Shown here: positions 1 to 11,501 of the stretch, one piece after another
Layout of the letters: the number at the start of each line of letters is the position of its first letter
How positions within the stretch are numbered: the stretch's first letter is position 1
From: the human T2T-CHM13v2.0 reference genome, Homo sapiens
DNA: 64,000 nucleotides
Strand: one strand, 5' to 3'
Assembly: GCF_009914755.1 (NCBI RefSeq)
Contig: NC_060929.1
Translations under genes and position numbers: made by a program
Notes under the pieces: generated by a model
What the model was told of the DNA's origin: nothing
What the model saw: only the letters and a program-made list of their open reading frames with translations
The model's database searches: none

Positions 1-250
1 CTGCATTCGTTATTCTAGTTATCCATTCATCTAATTTTTTTTCAAAGCTTTTAACTTCTTTGCCATTGGTTCAAATTTCCTCCTGTAGCTCGGAGTAGTT
101 TGATCTTCTGAAGCCTTCTTCTCTCAACTCGTCAAAGTCATTCTCCATCCAGCTTTGTTCCATTGCTGGTGAGAAACTGCATTCCTTTGGAGGAGGAGAG
201 GCGCTCTGATTTTTAGAGTTACCAGTTTTTCTGCTCTGTTTTTTTCCCAT
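1..250 (-). pseudogene. L1 ORF1p N-terminus, disrupted
   Basis: Minus strand reads MGKKQSRKTGNSKNQSASPPPKECSFSPAMEQSWMENDFDELREEGFRRSNYSELQEEI then premature TGA at 71-73. Confidence 0.9.
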
Positions 251-829
251 CTTTGTGGTTTTATCTACCTTTGGTCTTTGATGATGGTGACGTACAGATT
301 GGTTTTTGGTGTGGATGTCCTTTCTGTTCGTTAGTTTTCCTTCTAACAGACAGGACTTTCAGCTGCAGGTTTGTTGGAGTTTGCTAGAGGTCCACTCCAG
401 ATGCTGTTTGCCTGGGTATCAGCAGTGGTGGCTGCAGAACAGCAGATATTGGTGAACTGCAGATGCTGCTGTCTGATCATTCTTCTGGAAGTTTTGTCTC
501 AGAGGAGTACCCAGCTGTGTGAGGTGTCAGTCTGCCCCTACTGGGGGGTGCCTCCCTGTTAGGCTACTTGGGAATCAGGGATCCACTTGAGGCAGTCTGC
601 CCGTTCTCAGATCTCAAGCTGCGTGCTGGGAGAACCACTACTCTCTTCAAAGCTGTTAGAGAGGCACATTTAAGTCTGCAGAGGTTACTGCTGTGTTTTT
701 GTTTGTCTGTGCCCTGCCCCCAGAGGTGGAACCTACAGAGGCAGGCCGGTCTCCTTGAGCTGTGGTGGGGTCCACCCAGTTCGAGCTTCCCGGCTGCTTT
801 GTTTACCTAATCAAACAACTAACTTGGCA

Positions 830-1171
830 ATGGCAGGTGCCCCTCCCCCAGCCTCGCTGCTGCCTTGCAGTTTGATCTCAGACTGCTGTGCTGGCAATGA
901 GCGAGACTCTGTGGGTGTAGGACCCTCCAAGCCATGTGCAGGATATAATCTCCTGGTGTGCCATTTTTTAAGGCTGTTGGAAAAGTGCCGTATTAGGGTC
1001 GGAGTGACCCGATTTTCTAGGTGCTATCTGTCACTGCTTTCTTTGACTAGTAAAGGGAATTCCCTGACCCCTTGCACTTCCCGAGTGAGGCGATGCATGG
1101 CCCTGCTTCAGCTCGTGCACGGTGCACTGCACCCACTGTCCTGCACCTACTGTCTGTCACTCCCTAGTTAG
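830..1171 (+). CDS. L1 antisense ORF0-like reading frame (113 aa); expression unproven
   Basis: MAGAPPPASLLPCSLISDCCAGNERDSVGVGPS...RVGVTRFSRC matches primate L1 ORF0; ATG at 830 inside track ORF 755..1171. Confidence 0.7.
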   Translation: MAGAPPPASLLPCSLISDCCAGNERDSVGVGPSKPCAGYNLLVCHFLRLLEKCRIRVGVTRFSRCYLSLLSLTSKGNSLTPCTSRVRRCMALLQLVHGALHPLSCTYCLSLPS

Positions 1172-1261
1172 ATGAACTCGGTACCTTAGTTGGAAATGCA
1201 GAAATCACCCATCTTCTGCGCCGCTCATGCTGGGAGCTGTAGACTGGAGCTGTTCCTATTT

Positions 1262-1272
1262 GGCCATCTTGG
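1262..1272 (-). promoter_or_regulatory. YY1 site of the L1 internal promoter
   Basis: GGCCATCTTGG (CCAAGATGGCC on minus) at the canonical position near the L1 5' end. Confidence 0.75.
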
Positions 1273-1329
1273 CTCCTCCCCTAAAAGTTTTAAAAAGCTT
1301 TGCTTTTCCCCTTAAAGTCAAATCTAATT

Positions 1330-1920
1330 TTGGATGACAAATTCTTTCCCCAGTTCCATTGATAATATTGTCTATTCGTTCCACCCTGATTCATCATGCA
1401 TCATGTTTCAATATATGCGTGGATCTACTTCAGGACTCTATTCTGGTGCACTGGTTTTATCTATATCTGTGCTAATACCATGTTATCTTAATCCTAATAA
1501 TTTTTTTGAAAATCATGATATCTAGAAAGGAGAGTTTCCCTGCCTTATTCTTTTTCTGGAGTGTCTCAGTTATTTTGGACCATTTTTTATTCTATGTCCG
1601 TTTAAAATAAACTTGTCAAGTTTAATAAAATACCTGGTTGACAACTGATAGGGCTTGCATTTAATCTTTATCATAATTTTAGGAAAAGTGACATCTTTAC
1701 ATTATTGAATCTTCCTCTACATGGATATAAACCTCCGTTCTCTCCCCACTGCCCCTCCTCTCTGTTTCTTTATCTCTCTCATTTAGGCTTTCACTAATGT
1801 CTTCTAATAAACTTTAATAATTTTCCCCATTAAGAACTTGTAAATTTTGTTGGATTTCCACCAAGAAATATTATATCATTGTGGCTACTATAAGTAATAT
1901 CTTTTTAATTTTATATTTTT
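1330..1920 (-). mobile_element. Old L1M ORF2 fragment
   Basis: Degenerate antisense L1 ORF2 motifs (gtggatctacttcaggactctattctg, gacatctttacattattgaatcttcc). Confidence 0.6.
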
Positions 1921-1952
1921 AACTATTTGTGTGTGCATGTCAGCATGTGGGT

Positions 1953-2786
1953 TGTATTAGATCAGATAGTGATAGCTGCTCAAACAAAAAAACACCAAAG
2001 CAGTATAAGGCCTCAAATTCATTTCCTGCTCACATGACAGTATTTGGCAGGTGATCAGGATGGAAAAAGGCACTCCTTCATCCATTTCCTGGGACTCATG
2101 CTCAGTGAGATTCTGTTATCTTTGAAACATAGTTTTCCAAGTTGCCCTGAGGGATTGAATCCATTGCATCTTGACTAAGGGAAAACAGTTTGGAGGACAC
2201 TGCTTCAGGCATGATAGGTCTTGGGTGCACATAGTGTTCACCGCTTCTGTTTTATCGCAGTGGACAGCACTTGGACACTGGGCCATGTTAACTGCTTGTA
2301 ATAGTCCATTTTCACACTGCTGATAAAGACATACCTGAGACTGGGCAATTTATTAAAGAAAGAGGTTTAATGGACTTACAGTTCCACATGGCTGGGGTTG
2401 CCTCACAATCATGGTGGAAGTCAAGGAGGAGTAAGTCATGTCTCACATGGATGGCAACGGGCAAAGAGAGCTTGTGCAGGCAAACTCCCCTTTTTAAAAC
2501 CATCAAATCTCAAGAGACTCATTCACTATCATGAGAACAGTGCAGGAAAGACCCGCCTTCCCATAATTCAATCACCTCCCGCCAGGTTTCTCCCACGACA
2601 TGCAGGAATTGTGAGAGTTACAATTCAAGATGAGATTTGGGTGGGGAAACAGCCAAAACATATCACTGCTGAATGAGGGCAGGGTCAGAAATGCAGTTGA
2701 GGCCTGGAAAGCCAAATTCCAGAGATAACTCTGCATCCATGAAGTGAGGACATGCAATTCTGGTGGACAGCTACCTGTCCTTGACA
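1953..2786 (-). mobile_element. Old MaLR LTR (MLT1-type) interrupted by THE1
   Basis: Starts TGTATTAG..gctgct..aacaaa, MLT1-like sequence resumes after the THE1 TSD, ends ..gaca. Confidence 0.45.
2297..2665 (-). mobile_element. THE1 solo LTR (THE1C-like)
   Basis: TG...CA termini, THE1 motifs (gctgataaagacatacctgagactggg; gagatttgggtgggga), exact 5-bp TSD CTGCT at 2292-2296 and 2666-2670. Confidence 0.95.
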
Positions 2787-3579
2787 AAGTCTACCCCACT
2801 GGCTTCCAAATATACTGTTGCACTTTGTGCCCACATATAGACCACTCTCCTCCTCATAAGCCTAAAATGGTTACCCCATCCAGCTCAAAGCCTACAATAT
2901 CTGGGTGTTGTACTGTGCCATATGTTAGGTTTAAAGAGGCTTCATGTCCAGCAACTCAGGATCTAAAAGACAATGCCTGTCTTGAGAGGGACGCTGGGGT
3001 GCTCCATTTGGACCTCCATTCCTGATTCTAGAATGTGCTACCCCCAGCACTAGGTGTGCTGATCTCTGACAGGTATTAGCTGCCTTCTCCAACATCATGA
3101 TGCCCTCTCAGGTCTAGTGACTGTTCACTGTGGGACAAAAAGACCCAGTTTTGTCAATCCACCTCAGGATAGTACTAAAGGCACATTCCATCTTTATGTT
3201 TGGAACTCTCCATGGGGTAGCTGAAACTTGCACTGAGGCTGTATCACAGACCTACTTCTCCATCTTCTTAGTCCTATTTTTTTGGCTTCTCTTCACAGAT
3301 GTTCACAAGAACATTCTCTTGCAAACCCCCTGCTATTAATCTCTGTGATACAGTTTGCTTCTTGCTTCCTGTGACATTACCAAATAGCAGAATCAGGATT
3401 TAATTAAAGAACTTGTTCTACTGTTAGATAAGGGACCTCAGAAGGCTTGTTCTGATAGTTACTTCATTGCCACAGATTAATGTCTCTGGCGTATTTCTCA
3501 TTCTTCCCTCTTCTAGATGGACCTGTTCACTGCTATTATCCACTTCCCATTGTACCATTGTTTTCTGGGCTGTCTTTGA

Positions 3580-3940
3580 TAGAGGTGGGTGAGGGTGTGA
3601 CCATAAAGCATTAGCAGGAGGAAATTTCTGTGGGGTAAAGAAATTTCTGTCCTATTTTCTCGTTATGGTGGTAGTTACATGAATGTATCCATGTGATAAT
3701 ATTTCATAAACCCTAAATTAATTAAAAGAAAGATTATGTAAAAATTTGTGAAATCTTAATAAGGTCTATTGTTTAGTTAATAGCATTATGTCAAATATAC
3801 TTCCTTGTTTTGATCATTTTATTATAGTTACATAAAATGTTATTTGCAGAAGCTGGGTGAAGGGTACACAGGAGCTCTTGGGGATATTTTTTGAAACCTA
3901 TACATGAGACTGGAATTATTTCAGAATCAAACTTTTTTTA
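3580..3940 (+). mobile_element. L1MC/L1MD-type 3' end
   Basis: ggtggtagttacatgaat, gaagctgggtgaagggtacacaggagctc and terminal aattatttcagaat motif. Confidence 0.7.
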
Positions 3941-4479
3941 AATCTTATTCATTGTTTTTAAACTTAGGTTCATGGTGGACGTTACTTAAATAATGAGGGA
4001 GAAAACCATCTATTTCCACACTCTTGGTTTGTATAAAAGGAGCCTGAGACTGATGGAATGAAAGAGGCTACTGACTTCATTTCTCTCAGTCAGTTGCCAC
4101 CAGGGGATATTTACTACATGTAAAGCATTACACTACACTTCACTTCTAGTTCTTGAGCAGCTGGGACTGTTAAGCCTCCCATAGACTAGATTTTCTATTT
4201 CTGAACTTCCCAGAGATTACAGATTTGGGGACACTGACAAATGGAAGATAGCTATAGGAGAGACCAGTGCTGCTCCCAAAGAGCTTATAGTTTCATCTGG
4301 GAAGCAGAAGAGGCCAAATGAAAGGATTTGGCCCTCCCAGGTATCACATGAAATAACTGTAAATGAGTAGATAAGTAAATAAGCAAAAAGGCAGTGAAAG
4401 TGGTGAGGAGGAAATATGAGGAAAGGACAGAATTCTAACCAAATTAATTCTAACACTTCAATGAGGCCGGTTTAGTTTT

Positions 4480-4915
4480 GTGGTAGAATAAGAAATGGTT
4501 GAAAATTCTTTGATATTCTTCCCATTGAGGGGTTGGGTCTCTTTCCTGTCCCCTTGATCCGGGTTGGTTTGTGACTTCTTTGACCAGGGAGATACAGTGG
4601 AAATGGTGTTATGCTCTTTCTAGGCTAGTCTTTAAGATGACTGGGCAGTTTCTTGCTCTTTTGAAACCAAAAATCTCCTTATTACAAGTTCAAATATTCT
4701 GTGGAACAGACTACATGCGAAGTAGAGGCGTCGAGTAGAGCCCAGCTTTCAGATGCCCTGCCGAGGTGTCACAGATATGGCAGAAGCTGCTTTCGACTCT
4801 CAAGATAGTCCAGCTACCAGCTGGGGACTACCTAGTGACCCAGTCAACAACTGAGGCCAGGAGAAATGCCCTGCTGAGTTCTTCCTAAACTCCTGACTCA
4901 TGAAAGTGTGAGATG
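4480..4915 (+). mobile_element. MLT1G/H-like LTR, 3' truncated
   Basis: TGTGGTAG start; aaattctttgatattcttcccattgagg; cttcctaaactcctgactcatgaaa. Confidence 0.65.
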
Positions 4916-4919
4916 GTTT

Positions 4920-5560
4920 TGATCAGGAAATAAAAGACATGAAATAAATGATTTATTGCAGAGATTAGGTGTTATAATACTCTAAGAAACCTGGGGAAGC
5001 ATAAGTCTGGAAGGGATGATTGGATGATCAGAGAAACTAATCAGGGACCACAAAGGGAAAGAAGTCTAAGAAAAGCTCTTGCTTCTGCTACTGGAGCAGG
5101 CTGTAATCACTGCGGTTACAGGATAGGCAATGGGGAAGACAAGCTGGATGTAGGCCAGGGACATAGGAACCTGCAGGGACAAATGGAATCCACAAGGACA
5201 AACTGGAACCCACGTTAGCCTCTCCCTACATCTCGCCTTGATGATGGGGAATATTGCTGGAGGATCTGAGGCCTTTTGCTGTAGAGCTGCATATGAGCCT
5301 GGAAATAAATGAAAGGAGATTAGGTGGGAGTCAAAGGGCTGCAGGCCCAATTTTCTGCTGAGTAATGCAACAAGGTGGGTTATGAAATCAGCAGCAGTGT
5401 GTAAGAGCTTTAGAGGCTCCTCCTGGGAATAACGGCTGCTGGTACACCCAAACCTCCTAATCCTATACAGATGTCCCCTGTGGCCAATCCTAACATGAAC
5501 CACACAGAGAAGGGAGCTCCGAGAAGTGTAGTTCCAGCTTAGCTAAACCACAAACACCAG
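4920..5560 (-). mobile_element. Old ERVL-class LTR (MLT2-like)
   Basis: agaagggagctccgagaagtgtagttccagcttagctaa resembles an antisense MLT2-family 5' end. Confidence 0.4.
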
Positions 5561-8500
5561 TTTCATATGTGAGTAATCTACTTACTATTTAGAGGCTTTA
5601 ATGATGATCAGAATCAGGCTTTATGGACTTTTTGGAGGGATTGAATGACTTGGGAACACCAGAGCCTCATGTGTTTTAAGATTTAATAAACGTGAAATCA
5701 AGAGAAGCAAAGTGAATGGGTTGCTCATGGATGTTTTAATAAGCCAGAAGTATAAACAGGAATGAAAACTGAGATCCTTGGCTTTGCTTCCAGCTCCTTT
5801 CTTGACAGCAAGTTGAGGAAATTTTAAATTCATTCATCTCACTTTGTGTCTTCCTTCAGAAGCTCAGAGTTATGTAAATGGCTTCCTTTTGTGAGAGGAA
5901 GGCTTGTTGCATTAGCTATTTCCTCCTGTCAGGATTGAAAGTCACATCATTAGCAGATAACATCATTTTCATTTCTCCTCAGGGGACCTGATGGGTTGGA
6001 ACTTTAGCAGAAACAGTCAGTGGAGACCATAACCTGCGATTTGGGTTAAATGTGACATAATACCTTAAGTACTCAACCCCTTCACACCAAAGCAGCTTTA
6101 TCAAAGATACAAGGTTGTTCATGGCTTTCTAGGATTTAGTGTGATCTCAGAATCTTGAACACTTCACACTTCCTTTGAGGGAAAACGAGCTTTTCTCTCT
6201 TGTTGTTTTCATGTCTAATGAATGTGTTTTTCTTGGGAGGCTTTGATGGCAGGTTATTTCTCACCCAGAGCTACACTTTAATGTGTTATCTGTGGAGTGC
6301 AACTAGTAGAGCTTTACAGTGCTATTAAGTTAGGTAGGCCTGGGAGCTACTGCAGCAAAGGAAGGCTGAAATCTTTTCATTTTATTATTAAAGAGTCCCC
6401 ATTGGAAAGGGAAATGGGGAATAAGCTTTACTTGGTCTACGGTCTTATGAGGGAAGGAGAGAAGAAGGTTTCCTGTTTGCATTCTGCCATTACGGGATTT
6501 TAAATAATATACTATACAAAGGTGATTACAGTTAATTTTAGGCTTTATGAGAACTTAGCTACCAGGGTTCAGTCTCTCTAGAGAGGCTGGGTTGCAGAGA
6601 GAACAAGAAAAATTGCTGGTTTCAGAATGAGGGAAAAATAACAACATAAAGAAACCTCCCCATTTTGTTCTTAATGCTTTGGGAGTGGACTCCAACCAGT
6701 GGGATGGCCAAAACAGATTTTCAGTTTGAAGGATTTCTGAGCTCCTACAGGTTAAGGAGCACCTAGACTAACAGCACTATTGGGAATTCAATTTAGAGTT
6801 TTATGTAAGGCAATATCCACTTCTCATGGGTATAAATATTTTTTATCTACACATAGGGGTTGGCTCTTGGGATTAAAACAAAGTCACCTATTGGGTAATT
6901 TCTTCTCAATTTTTTTATACAAGCTAAAACAACAGTGAAGTCCAATCTAGCCTGTGATAATAATGATGATGATTAACACCTTCACTTTTTTTAAGTTCAG
7001 TATAGCTTATTCTTGAGCACAAACATAAACTGACTTGAATTTATGCACAGAAGCATAATAAATACTAAGAGAAATGCTACTCTGCATTAATGAATGCATT
7101 GCATTATAGTTGGCTAGTAGTGGTCTCTCAGCAATAGAGATGTTACTAAATGTCATTATTTTTGGATTTAGCTTTTGTGACCTTTAGAGGCTAGCTAAAC
7201 ACCGAGGAAGAGAGGAAGACATATCTTATTGTGCAGACAATGTACACTGTAAGACAGGTGGCAAAAAGCTATTGGTTTCATCACATAAATCTCCCTGCCT
7301 CAGAGAGATTGAAAAAATCTTAGTGATTCATGGGCACACACTTTAATTTACTATTTTTTCCTGGGTGCCACTGAGGAATAACAGGAGGGAGAAACCTTAT
7401 TACAAGGAGCACTACTCTTTTATTGGAAAAAGGGATGAGAAGGTAGGATTCAAGAGTTGCTTATCATCATGCATTTGCTTGCTATCAAAAAGACTGAGTA
7501 AAATTTCTTTGCAAAATTGAGAAGTCTTGCAGCTCCATTAATTTTCTTTTGAACTGCACACAAATGCCAAGGCACTAGTCTGGTTAAGTTCTCTGTCATG
7601 TTGGGATAACTAAAGAGAATTATTTTCCCAAGCGTATCTTTTTACGTGTGCCCATTTTTTTGGTCTCTCTTGAAGTAATGTGTGATAGATGAAGTAGTGT
7701 TGAAAATATAGTGAGTGACAAAATACACAGAGATGTATTGTGTACTCTTGTTTCTCACTGGGATTTGTCATGCTTTTTGGGGGAGAAGGTTCAAAATATA
7801 AAAACCAGGTAGAAAAGAACAACCTCTTTTGTCTGTGATCTCTTACTTGTTTGTGATGTGCTAAAAGAGGCCTAAAGCATCCAGACTGTGGTTTTGCTTC
7901 TGATAATGATATATGGGCCCATTTCCCAGCACTGTGGTGGAGTCTTTTTTATTATTATTATTTCCAGTTATCTTCGGGATGCAACAGTTACTAAAACACA
8001 TCTCTGGCAGACACCAAACCCAAAGCATAGATGCTTTAACATCTCATTTAACACTGAGGCAGCAATATCAGAGACATGAAGCCACAGGAAGTCCCTCAGA
8101 AAGTGATTTGTTGGTGTTCACAGTACCACTAGAAGTCCTCACACCTGCCAGTAATAGGTGTCCTTGGCACTGTTTTGCAGAACATAAATCTCCTTTCCCA
8201 AGGCCCTTCCTAAACAGAGGCTCTCTTGAGGTGACACTCTAACACTGGCACAAACTCTCCAATGAACCCAGAATCTCAAGAGCACGAATCATGCCGGCAA
8301 ACAACATTTAATATATAAATCAAATAGCACCCTCATTATCTCCAAGGACCTTGAAGCTAGCACTGGAAATTAAGTTGAGTTTCAGGTTGCCTTTGTTCTG
8401 CTTTGAGAGAAACAGCAGATAATTGGGAATCTTTTCAGGGACACCAATAATACTGTAGTTTGGGAATGCAACCCTTAGTGAAACTAGTGATTCATACTTC

Positions 8501-8939
8501 TTGAAAATAATAATGATGATTAAAACAAAAGGGGAGTGTTTTTTCTTTTCTCAATAATATTTACAATTTAACAGGTAAATCACATCAACTGAACTGATAT
8601 CATGAAGGAAGTTCTCTCATATGCTCTTTGCTCCTGGCATAGCAGGAAGAACATTCTAGATTAAATCCCTATCCTTCAGAGGCTGATAGACTCAAGATAG
8701 CTTACTGCAGGTATAATCTGATACATGTTATATTGGAACACTTGCCATTTTTTTTCAATTACATGTCTTTGAATATTCTTAAATTGTTCTAAACCCATTG
8801 GCATTGTTTTGTGTGACAGGAGAGTATATTAAAATATTAATTTTTGTTTGTTTTTCCCATTTTTTTTCCCAGCAGTTAGACAGCTCCTTATTTTTTTCAT
8901 GCTTCAAGGTGTTTTTGTAGGGCCAAAAGCAAAGCCACC

Positions 8940-9280
8940 TGATATGGTTTGTCTGTGCCCCTACCCAAATCTTGAATTGTAGCTACCATAATTCCCACAT
9001 GTCATGGGAGATAATTGAATCATGAGACCATTTCTTAAATACTGTTCTCGTGGTAGTGAATAAGTCTCATGAGATCTGATGGTTTTTTAAGGGATTTCCC
9101 CTTTTGCTTGGCTCTCATTCTCTTTTGCCTGCCACCATGTAAAATGTGTCTTTTGCCTTTCACCATGATTGTGAGGCTTCCCCAGCCACGTGGAACTCTA
9201 AGTCCATTAAACCTCTTTTTATTTATAAATTACCCAGTCTTGGGTATGTCATTATCAGCAGGGTGAAACAGGCTAATACA
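8940..9280 (+). mobile_element. THE1 solo LTR (THE1C/D-like)
   Basis: TGATATGGTTTG...CTAATACA, exact TSD CCACC at 8935-8939 and 9281-9285. Confidence 0.95.
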
Positions 9281-9670
9281 CCACCTAAAGTCTGTTTTTT
9301 CTTGCCTTTTGTATGGGCCTAAGTTCTTTGAAGGAATGATATTGGTGTCACTGAAAAAGGAGGTGGAAATGGGCTACTCAGGAGTAACCAGTGCACACCT
9401 TCTGGATGCTGTAGCACAAAAAATGATGTTTGCAAAACCCTGGGGGAAGAAGGAGCCACAATCATGTCTGTAATTAAACTAAATATTGGATTTAAATTTA
9501 TTTAAAGAGAACATAGTTAATATTTCCTATATAATAGAGTTTACAGGATGCAATAATACCCTCCCATATATTTTCTGTGTTCTGGAGATTATGTGATACG
9601 TCTTTTAATAGTTTGCATAAGTCATTCTACAAAATTGTAAGCCATAAGGGTGAGCTAATGAATAAACTAC

Positions 9671-11496
9671 TGTTATGGTTTGAATGCATCCCCAAAAAGT
9701 TTATGTGTTGGAAACTGAATTGCCATTATAACAGTATTAAGAGGTGGGGCCTTTTAAAAGACGGCTAGGTTATGAGGACTTTGCCCTGATGAATAGATTA
9801 ATGGCATTACTGAAGAGTGATTAATTATGATGGGAGTAGGATCCTGATAAAAGAATAAGTTGGACCTCATTTCTCTCTCTGTCTTGCATGCCCTCTTGCC
9901 CTTCTGCCATGTTATAACACAGTAAGAAGGTCCTCACCAGATGCCAACACCATGTTCTTGAAATTCCCAGCCTCCAAAGCCATAAGCCAAATAAATCTCT
10001 TTTTTTATAAATTACCCAGTCTGTGGTAATCTGTTATGGCAGCAGAAAATGAACTAAGAAAATTGGTATCAAGAAGTAGGACTGTTGCCATTTAAAAAAA
10101 AAACCTGAAAATGAAAGCACCTTCAGAACTAACAAGGAGTAAATGCTAGAAGAATTTGGAGGAGAAGGCTAAAAACAAAAAGCCTATATTGTGGTGAATA
10201 GAGTGTTGGGGAAAATTCTGGTGAAGGCTCAGAAGAAGGCAAATGTAGAAAAGTCTGAATCTTCTTAAGGATTACTTAGATGATTGTGACCAGAATATTA
10301 GTAGAAATACAGACAGTAATAGCCATTCTGATGAAATCTCTAATGGAAATGAGGAATAAGAAAGCCACCCATTCTATAAAGTAGCAAAGACCTTGGCTGA
10401 ATTGTTTACTTGTTCTAGGACTTTGTGGAATGAAAAATGTGAGAGTGATAAACAGAATAAATATCTAAACATGAAAGCCTTTAGGCTGTTGTGTGGTTAC
10501 TTTTAACTGCAAATAGTAAAACGTGAAGGAAATGGAATGACTTAAACACAGAATTTATAATTAAAAAGAAGGCAGAGGGGAAAGAATTGGAGAATTCATA
10601 GCCTGTCCATGTAAAGAGGACAAAGACAGCTTTAGGAGATCAAACCAAGGGAGTGGCAAATGACTATTTATTAAAGAGATTGCCATAGATAGAGGGAGCC
10701 AGGTGCTATTCCTCAAGACAGTGAAAGAAAGAACCCAAAGGCATTTCAAATATCTGTCTATGAGGCTGCTCCTCCTATCAAAGGCCCAGAGCTCTAGAAA
10801 GGCAAAATGATTTTGGCGGATGGCCCTGAGGTGCCCTCTACAAACTTTTCCCAGAGCTGCCTCACATCTCTGCTCCACATATTTCAGCACAGCACTCCTC
10901 AGCCACCCCAGCTGTAGCTCAAGTGGGCCCAGGTGCAATTGCACCTACTGCTCCAGAAGGTACAAGCTGTAAACCTTGGTGGCACCCACAAGGTGCTAAT
11001 TCTGCAGGTGTACAACATCAAGAGTTGTGGGAATATGCTTATCTCCACCTAGATTTCAAAGGATGTGGCAGATAGCTTGAGAACCCAGGCGGAAACCTAC
11101 CATAGGGCAGAACCACCATAGATTCTCCACTAGAATAATGTCTGGTGAAGCCGCAGAGTGGGAGCAGGACCACTCATGAGACTTCAGAACTGTAGAGCTA
11201 CCAGCAAGTTACTCCAGCTTGGGAAGATGCAGACATGTGACTCCAACCCAAGAAAGCTAACATGTGTCCTGAGCCTAGCAAAGCCATGGGGGGCTGGGTT
11301 GTCTGAGGCATTGGGGCCCAATCCTCACTCCAGTGTATTAAGGAAGTATGACATGCAGCCAAAGGAGATTATTCTCTAGCTTTAAGACTTAATGTTTTTT
11401 TCTCTGTTGGGTTTGGAATTTAGTTGAGACAAGTTAGTCCTCTTTTCTTACCTATTTCTCCCTTTTGGAGTGGTAATGTCTAAATGGACTAAGCCT
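9671..11496 (+). mobile_element. MST-type MaLR: 5' LTR (9671-10059), internal region, remnant of 3' LTR
   Basis: TGTTATGGTTTGAATG start, aattacccagtctgtgg..gaactaag end, aattggta start of internal region, MaLR-int motifs; ends aaatggactaag. Confidence 0.85.
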
Positions 11497-11501
11497 GCTA
11501 C

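Larger units (their letters stand above)
1..1281 (-). mobile_element. LINE-1 (L1PA4-6-like): complete 5' UTR and start of ORF1; element continues left of the window
   Basis: Reverse complement of the L1 5' terminus (GGGGAGGAGCCAAGATGGCCAAATAGGAACAGCTCC) ends at 1281; ORF1 ATG at 250; UTR about 1030 nt. Confidence 0.95.

Noticed and set aside
5066-5503. 145-aa minus-strand ORF
   Set aside because: Lies in probable LTR sequence, starts at a non-ATG codon, no recognisable domain
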